64,000 bases of DNA from Steroidobacteraceae bacterium (lineage in GTDB: Bacteria; Pseudomonadota; Gammaproteobacteria; Steroidobacterales; Steroidobacteraceae): assembly GCA_050179155.1 (NCBI GenBank), contig JBFXFJ010000005.1, positions 108,012 to 172,011 of the forward strand. Direction: 5' to 3'. The notes below the pieces were generated by a model, which saw nothing but the letters and a program-made list of their open reading frames with translations, did no database searches and had not been told where the DNA came from. The number at the start of each line of letters is the position of its first letter. The first letter of the stretch is position 1. A program made the translations under genes and the position numbers. This document shows, piece by piece, positions 58,987 through 64,000 of this stretch.

Positions 58987-60497
58987 CCCGGCCCGGCAGC
59001 AGGGACCGGCGCGTGGTTTCGGCGGTGCGCCAGTTGCCGTTCAGCCGTCTCGTCAATCCCTATGCGCCGATCGAGGTGCTCCGCGCCGACCAGGTGGAGG
59101 CAATCATCGATGCGGCGCTCACGATACTCGAGACGCGCGGCATGCGGTTCCTCGAGGCAGGCAGCCGCGAGACCTTGCGCGCGGCCGGTGCCGTATCCGA
59201 CGAAGCGAGCCGGATGATGCGATTCGACCGCGGGCTCGTGCTCGAAAAACTCGCGCTGGCGCCCGCCGGTTTCACGCTGCGCGCCCGCAACCGCGTCCGC
59301 GACCTTCGCATCGGTGGCCGGGACATCGTCTTCAGCTCGGTGGGCGGGCCGGCATTCTGCAGCGACCTCGACCGGGGCCGGCGTCCGGGCACGCACGCCG
59401 AGCTCTGCGACTTCCTGCGGCTGGTGCAGAGCCTAAATATCATTCATCAGGAAGGCGGCGGCGCCTTCGAGGCGATGGACCTGCCGCCGGAGTCGCGCCA
59501 TCTCGACCTTTACCTTGCGCAGTTCACGCTGCTCGACAAGAACTGCCAGGCCTATGCGCTCGGGCGGGAGCGCACGGTCGACTGCATCGAGATGACCTGC
59601 CTGGCGCTCGGCGTCGACCGCGCCGAACTGGCGCGCGACCCCGCCGTGATGGCGATCGTCAACACCAACTCGCCGCTGCAACTCGACGTCCCGATGACCG
59701 AGGCGGTGGTCGAGCTCGCCGGATCCGGCCAGGCCTGCTGCATCACGCCGTTCACCCTGGCGGGCTCGATGAGCCCGGCCACGATCGCGGGCACGCTCGC
59801 GCAGCAGACCGCCGAGGTGCTCGCGGTCGTGACCCTGGCACAGGTCGTGCGGCCGGGCGCCCCGGTCATCTACGGCTCGTTCGCCTCGAACGTGGACATG
59901 CAGAGCGGCGCGCCGGCGCTCGGCACGCCGGAATACGCCAAGGCCGCGCTGGCCAGCGGCCAGATCGCGCGCCGGCTGGGCCTGCCGCTGCGCTCGAGCA
60001 ACACGACCTCATCCAACTGCGTCGATGCGCAGGCGGCCTATGAGAGCTCGATGTCCCTGTGGGGCGCGATCATGGGCCACGCCAACCTCGTGTATCACGC
60101 CGCCGGCTGGCTCGAGAGCGGACTGACGGCCTCGTTCGAGAAGCTCATCACCGACGCCGAGATGCTGCAGATGATGGCCGAGTTCCTGCGGCCCATCGAA
60201 GTCAACGCCGGCGAACTGGCGCTCGACGCCATTGCCGAGGTGGAGCCCGGCGGCCATCATTTCGGCACGGCGCACACCCTCGCCCGCTACGAAACCGCGT
60301 TCTACATGCCGATGCTTTCGACCCGCCGGAACTTCGAGTCGTGGCAGGAGGCCGGGGGACTGGATGCCGCACAGCGGGCGAACGTCATCTGGAAAAGGCT
60401 GCTGGCCGACTACCAGCAACCGCCGCTGGACCCGGCCATCGCCGAGTCGCTGGCGGACTACGTGGCGCGCCGCAAGGACGACATCCGCAGGCGCTGA
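58983..60497 (+). CDS. trimethylamine methyltransferase (MttB) family protein, non-pyrrolysine
   Basis: 504 aa and uninterrupted. Motifs NTNSPLQLD, ITPFTLAGSMSPATIAGTLAQQTAEVLA and FASNVDMQSGAPALGTPEY. ATGA overlap with the MetF-like gene. Confidence 0.85.
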   Translation: MTRPGSRDRRVVSAVRQLPFSRLVNPYAPIEVLRADQVEAIIDAALTILETRGMRFLEAGSRETLRAAGAVSDEASRMMRFDRGLVLEKLALAPAGFTLRARNRVRDLRIGGRDIVFSSVGGPAFCSDLDRGRRPGTHAELCDFLRLVQSLNIIHQEGGGAFEAMDLPPESRHLDLYLAQFTLLDKNCQAYALGRERTVDCIEMTCLALGVDRAELARDPAVMAIVNTNSPLQLDVPMTEAVVELAGSGQACCITPFTLAGSMSPATIAGTLAQQTAEVLAVVTLAQVVRPGAPVIYGSFASNVDMQSGAPALGTPEYAKAALASGQIARRLGLPLRSSNTTSSNCVDAQAAYESSMSLWGAIMGHANLVYHAAGWLESGLTASFEKLITDAEMLQMMAEFLRPIEVNAGELALDAIAEVEPGGHHFGTAHTLARYETAFYMPMLSTRRNFESWQEAGGLDAAQRANVIWKRLLADYQQPPLDPAIAESLADYVARRKDDIRRR

Positions 60498-60521
60498 ATC
60501 GACCGGGACTGGAGGCTTGTG

Positions 60522-62042
60522 ATGCGACCGACCATCCATATCGTGGGCGACGAGCTGATCGGCAAGGTGCTGGCCGAGGCGAAACGCATCCTGGCCGAAA
60601 CCGGCATGGAGATCCGCGGCCTGCCGCTGCGCGAGCGCCTGCTCGCGCACGGACTGCCGGTCAGCGCGGGCGGCCGCGTGCTGTTTCCGCCGCAGGTCGT
60701 CGATTCCGCGATCGCGAGCGCGCCCAAGTCATTCACGCTGTACGACCGCGACGGCAACCCGCACGCCGAGATCGGCGGCTGGAACGTGCACTTCATCCCG
60801 GGCTCGAGCGGGCTCAAGATCATGGACCATCGGAGCCACGAGACCCGGCTCGCGAACTCGACCGATTTCGTCGAGTACGTCCGGCTGTGCGACGGACTGG
60901 CGCACATCCCCTATCTCGCGACCGCGTTCTCGACGAATGCCGACATCGAATCGCAGGTGTCCGACGCCTGGCGCCTGTACATGGTGCTGACGAACTCGAA
61001 GAAACCGGTCGTGTCGGGCGCGTTCAGCGAGCACGGCGTACCGCGCATGGCCGAGATGATGCAGGTCTTCCGCCGCGACCGCGCCGAACTGGTGGCGAAA
61101 CCGATGTCGATCTTCACGGTCACAGCGGCCGGCAATTTCCGCTTCGGCGAGGATTCCTGCCAGAACCTGCTCGACTGCGTCGAGGCCGGGATTCCGGTGG
61201 AGATCGTCCCGGTCACGCTGATGGGCCTGATCGCGCCGGTGACGCTGGTCGGCGCGCTGGTCTTTCACTGCATCGACGTGCTCGCCGGCATCACGATGGC
61301 GCAGATCATCCGCCCCGGCGCGCCCGTGCTGTTCGGCGGCGCACCCGCCACTTTCCACATGCGGGCCGCGAGTTCGCCGATGGCCGCGATCGAGGCGCAG
61401 CGCCTGAATGTCGCCTACGTGGCGGTCGCGAAGTCGCTCGGCCTGCCGACACAGGCCTACATGGCGCTCTCCGACGCCAAGTTTCTCGATGCGCAGGCGG
61501 GCGCGGAGACGATGTCCTCCGCATTGCTCGCGGCGCTCGCGGGCGTCAACTCGGTCTCGGGGCCGGGCATGCTCGACTACGTGCTGACTTTCAGCCTGCC
61601 GAAGCTCGTATTCGACAATGAAGTCTGCGGCCAGTGCCTGCACTTCGTGCGTGATGTCGGCGTGCTGGAGGACCTGCCGGCCGCCGGACTGGTCGAAGAC
61701 CTGACCGCCCAGGACCACCTGATCACCGCGCCGCACACGCTGAAATACTGGCCGCAGGAACTGTACCTGACCGACCCGGTCTTCGACCGCCTGAACCGCG
61801 AGACCTGGACCGAGGCCGGATCCATGGAACTGTATCAACGCGCCTGCGAGCAGGTGGAACACCGCCTCGCCGCCTATGCACCCGTGGAAACTGATGCCGG
61901 CGCCGATGCCGAACTGCGGCGGCTCGTCATGGCCGGGCTGCGCCAGCAGAGCGAGCTGCCGGTGCTGCCGGCGCCGCCCGCGCAAGCGCCGGCAGATCCT
62001 GCGCGCGGCCGGCGAACCCGTCCCGGCAGGCGACGCAACTGA
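60522..62042 (+). CDS. MttB family protein, divergent second paralog, non-pyrrolysine
   Basis: ATG at 60522, 6 nt after [23 protein letters not shown] and [19 protein letters not shown] are collinear with the first paralog. The C-terminal tail is Pro/Arg-rich. Confidence 0.8.
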   Translation: MRPTIHIVGDELIGKVLAEAKRILAETGMEIRGLPLRERLLAHGLPVSAGGRVLFPPQVVDSAIASAPKSFTLYDRDGNPHAEIGGWNVHFIPGSSGLKIMDHRSHETRLANSTDFVEYVRLCDGLAHIPYLATAFSTNADIESQVSDAWRLYMVLTNSKKPVVSGAFSEHGVPRMAEMMQVFRRDRAELVAKPMSIFTVTAAGNFRFGEDSCQNLLDCVEAGIPVEIVPVTLMGLIAPVTLVGALVFHCIDVLAGITMAQIIRPGAPVLFGGAPATFHMRAASSPMAAIEAQRLNVAYVAVAKSLGLPTQAYMALSDAKFLDAQAGAETMSSALLAALAGVNSVSGPGMLDYVLTFSLPKLVFDNEVCGQCLHFVRDVGVLEDLPAAGLVEDLTAQDHLITAPHTLKYWPQELYLTDPVFDRLNRETWTEAGSMELYQRACEQVEHRLAAYAPVETDAGADAELRRLVMAGLRQQSELPVLPAPPAQAPADPARGRRTRPGRRRN

Positions 62043-62093
62043 AACCCGCGCGATCGTGCAAGATGCGCACCCCATGCGATACTGTCCGGCGCG

Positions 62094-62930
62094 ATGAACA
62101 CCAAGCCCGATGCTCAGGCCGTGCGGCGATTGCGGATCGGCGCAATGCACGGCGGACGGCTCACCGCGCGCGATGACGCCGTCGCCGTCGAGGAGCCGCT
62201 GGAGATACGCCTCGCCCTGCCGGGCGACGCGGGCCCTGGCCGCGCGGTTTCCATCACCATGCGCACGCCCGGGCAGGACGTCGAACTCGCGGTCGGCTTC
62301 CTGCACGGTGAGGGCATCGTCCGTTCGCGCGAGGCAATCGCCTCCGCGCGCCCTTGCGGGCCGACCGGAAACGTGGTGCGCATCGAGCTTGCATGGGATG
62401 CGCCACATGACCTGACCCGGCTCGACCGGAACTTCTACACGACCTCGAGTTGCGGGATCTGCGGCAAGGCCTCGCTCGAGGCCGTGCAGGAAATGCTGCC
62501 GGCGCGGCCGGTCGAATCGGCGCTGCGCGTGCCGGCAGGCCTGCTGGGTTCGCTGATCGAGCGCGCCCGCGGCGCCCAGGGCGTGTTTCGCGAAACCGGT
62601 GGCCTGCACGCCTCGAGCCTGTTTGACGCCGGCGGCCGGCTGCTCGAGACGTTCGAGGACGTCGGCCGGCACAATGCGCTCGACAAGCTGGTGGGCTCGC
62701 GGCTGCTCGCGGGCCTGCTGCCGCTCACCGACAACCTGCTGCTGCTCTCCGGCCGCGCGAGTTTCGAACTCCTGCAGAAAGCCGCGGCCGCGGGCGTCGC
62801 GGCGGTCGCCTCGATCGGCGCGCCGTCGAGCCTGGCGATCGACCTGGCGGAACGGACCGGCATCCTGCTGGTCGGCTTCCTGCGCGAGGAGACATTCAAT
62901 GTGTATGCGCACGGGGAGCGCCTGCAATGA
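62094..62930 (+). CDS. fdhD: formate dehydrogenase accessory sulfurtransferase
   Basis: Motifs SSCGICGK and GRHNALDKLVG; 278 aa. Confidence 0.9.
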   Translation: MNTKPDAQAVRRLRIGAMHGGRLTARDDAVAVEEPLEIRLALPGDAGPGRAVSITMRTPGQDVELAVGFLHGEGIVRSREAIASARPCGPTGNVVRIELAWDAPHDLTRLDRNFYTTSSCGICGKASLEAVQEMLPARPVESALRVPAGLLGSLIERARGAQGVFRETGGLHASSLFDAGGRLLETFEDVGRHNALDKLVGSRLLAGLLPLTDNLLLLSGRASFELLQKAAAAGVAAVASIGAPSSLAIDLAERTGILLVGFLREETFNVYAHGERLQ

Positions 62931-63424
62931 GCGCGCGCACGGGCGGCGGTAACCTCGGCGACTCCGACCGGGCCCGGGTGCTCGCGATCGTCGAGCGCCA
63001 CCGCCACCGCGACGGCCCGCTGCTCGAGATCCTGCACGAGGTGCAGCGCGCGCTCGGCTGCGTGCCGGGGCCTGCGATCGCAATCATCGCCCAGGCGCTC
63101 AACCTGTCGCGCGCCGAAGTGCATGGCGTCGTCACCTTCTATCATTTCTTCCGCGAGGCGCCACCGGGTGCGCGCGTGTTGCGACTGTGCCGGGCCGAGG
63201 CCTGCCAGTCGATGAACGGCCGCGCGCTCGAAGAGCACGCGACGCAGCGTCTCGGAATAAAGTGCGGCGAGACGACGCCGGACGGCCGCATTACCCTCGA
63301 GGCGGTCTATTGCCTCGGCCTGTGTGCCTGCGCACCTTCGGCCATGCTGGATGGCGAGGTTCACGGGCGTGTCACGCCACAAAGGCTCGACGAACTGCTC
63401 GCCGGCAAGGACGCAGTGCCATGA
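62927..63424 (+). CDS. fdsG: NAD-dependent formate dehydrogenase gamma subunit (NuoE-like 2Fe-2S)
   Basis: 165 aa with LLEILHEVQ and the Cys pattern CRAEAC...CLGLCACAP. ATGA overlaps on both sides. Confidence 0.85.
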   Translation: MSARTGGGNLGDSDRARVLAIVERHRHRDGPLLEILHEVQRALGCVPGPAIAIIAQALNLSRAEVHGVVTFYHFFREAPPGARVLRLCRAEACQSMNGRALEEHATQRLGIKCGETTPDGRITLEAVYCLGLCACAPSAMLDGEVHGRVTPQRLDELLAGKDAVP

Positions 63425-64000
63425 CGACGACCGTCTGGGTTCCGCGCGATGCCGGCGCACTGGCGCTGGGCGCAGAGGCTGTCGCCCGCGCACTGGCGAC
63501 CACGGCCGGCGCCGGCGTCCGGCTGCGCCGCAACGGCTCCCGCGGGCTGTACTGGCTCGAGCCACTCGTCGAGGTCGAGTGCGCCGCCGGACGGATTGCC
63601 TATGGCCCGGTAACCGCACGCGATGTCCCGGAATTGCTGCAGAACGGGATGCTGCAGGGCGCGGCACATCCATTGCGGCTCGGCCCGATCGACCAGCATC
63701 CGTGGCTCAAGTCGCAACAGCGCCTGACCTTTGCGCGCGTCGGCGGCATCGACCCGCTCGACCTCGATGCCTACGACCAGGCGGGCGGTTACCGCGGGCT
63801 GCGTCGCGCGCTCGAGATCGGGCCTTCGGCCACCGTCAAGGAAGTGCTCGAGTCCGGTTTGCGCGGGCGCGGCGGCGCCGCGTTTCCGACCGGCATCAAG
63901 TGGCAAACCGTGCTCGACCAGCCGCCGGGACAGCGTTACATCACCTGCAACGCGGACGAGGGTGACTCGGGCACTTTCTCCGATCGCATGCTGATGGAGG
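63421..64000 (+). CDS. fdsB: NAD-dependent formate dehydrogenase beta subunit (NuoF-like), 3' partial
   Basis: Not in the ORF track because it is open to the window end. My translation gives ...GLRGRGGAAFPTGIKW...ITCNADEGDSGTFSDRMLME. Confidence 0.85.
   Translation, partial: MTTTVWVPRDAGALALGAEAVARALATTAGAGVRLRRNGSRGLYWLEPLVEVECAAGRIAYGPVTARDVPELLQNGMLQGAAHPLRLGPIDQHPWLKSQQRLTFARVGGIDPLDLDAYDQAGGYRGLRRALEIGPSATVKEVLESGLRGRGGAAFPTGIKWQTVLDQPPGQRYITCNADEGDSGTFSDRMLME

Noticed and set aside
58983-62042. A pyrrolysine (in-frame UAG) codon in the MttB-family genes.
   Set aside because: Both ORFs run uninterrupted for about 505 codons with family motifs on both sides of the expected position. No in-frame TAG and no pyl genes are seen in the window.
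60729-63083. Long antisense or alternate-frame ORFs opposite well-recognised genes. Examples: 60729..63083, 62435..63673, 13050..14327, 55226..56926, 29006..30409, 48280..49740, 46301..47830, 42201+ frames, 9432..10982 and 11341..12954.
   Set aside because: Their composition is dominated by Arg, Ala, Gly and Pro with no recognisable domains. Each fully overlaps a gene with strong family motifs on the other strand or frame, so I treat them as G+C-driven shadow ORFs.

Overview
This is a 64-kb, very G+C-rich proteobacterial-type chromosomal segment with no rRNA, tRNA or CRISPR array that I could recognise. It is densely packed with about 58 protein genes, mostly in operons whose adjacent genes overlap by 4 nt (ATGA, GTGA or TTGA). 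Reading left to right:

- **1-6.6 kb:** a SYLF-domain protein (5' partial), an NAD(P) oxidoreductase, msrA, a MarC-family protein, then a tightly spaced triad of an ICMT-like methyltransferase, a small kinase-like protein and an 84-aa ORF, followed by a PlpD-like patatin/Omp85 protein.
- **6.7-17.4 kb:** a complete purine-to-glyoxylate catabolic cluster (add, guaD, uraH, xdhAB, membrane cytochrome-c urate hydroxylase puuD, allA, alc, puuE, uraD), followed directly by a TonB-dependent receptor.
- **19.5-23.6 kb:** aguA, then icd with aceK overlapping its stop codon.
- **23.65-29.0 kb, the only clearly accessory segment:** a visibly lower-G+C orphan Rhs C-terminal toxin fragment with a GTGA-coupled small putative immunity gene and a further membrane-anchored ORF. 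It is truncated exactly at the inverted-repeat end of a roughly 3.15-kb recombinase-in-trio (RIT) element, which carries three overlapping tyrosine recombinase genes.
- **29.0-35.4 kb:** a bkdA1-bkdA2-bkdB operon that has no E3 gene and instead continues into ilvE and a Cys/Met-metabolism PLP enzyme, with a divergent Lrp-type regulator.
- **35.4-36.9 kb:** an acidic outer-membrane beta-barrel protein and a DUF3313-like protein.
- **36.9-51.0 kb:** a long spu/puu/pot polyamine-utilisation operon that ends in a ybdL-like aminotransferase and a PQQ-dehydrogenase/dihaem cytochrome c lipoprotein, plus a divergent second GS-like gene and puuB.
- **51.0-64.0 kb:** a C1 cluster of fhs, a BetI-like TetR regulator, two CrtI-like flavoproteins, a GcvT-like protein, a MetF-like protein, two non-pyrrolysine MttB-family methyltransferases, and fdhD-fdsG-fdsB (3' partial).

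The most interesting candidates are the RIT element with the Rhs toxin/immunity remnant, and the MttB cluster, which has no corrinoid-protein gene. All functional calls rest on recognising motifs in the supplied translations. No database search was run.
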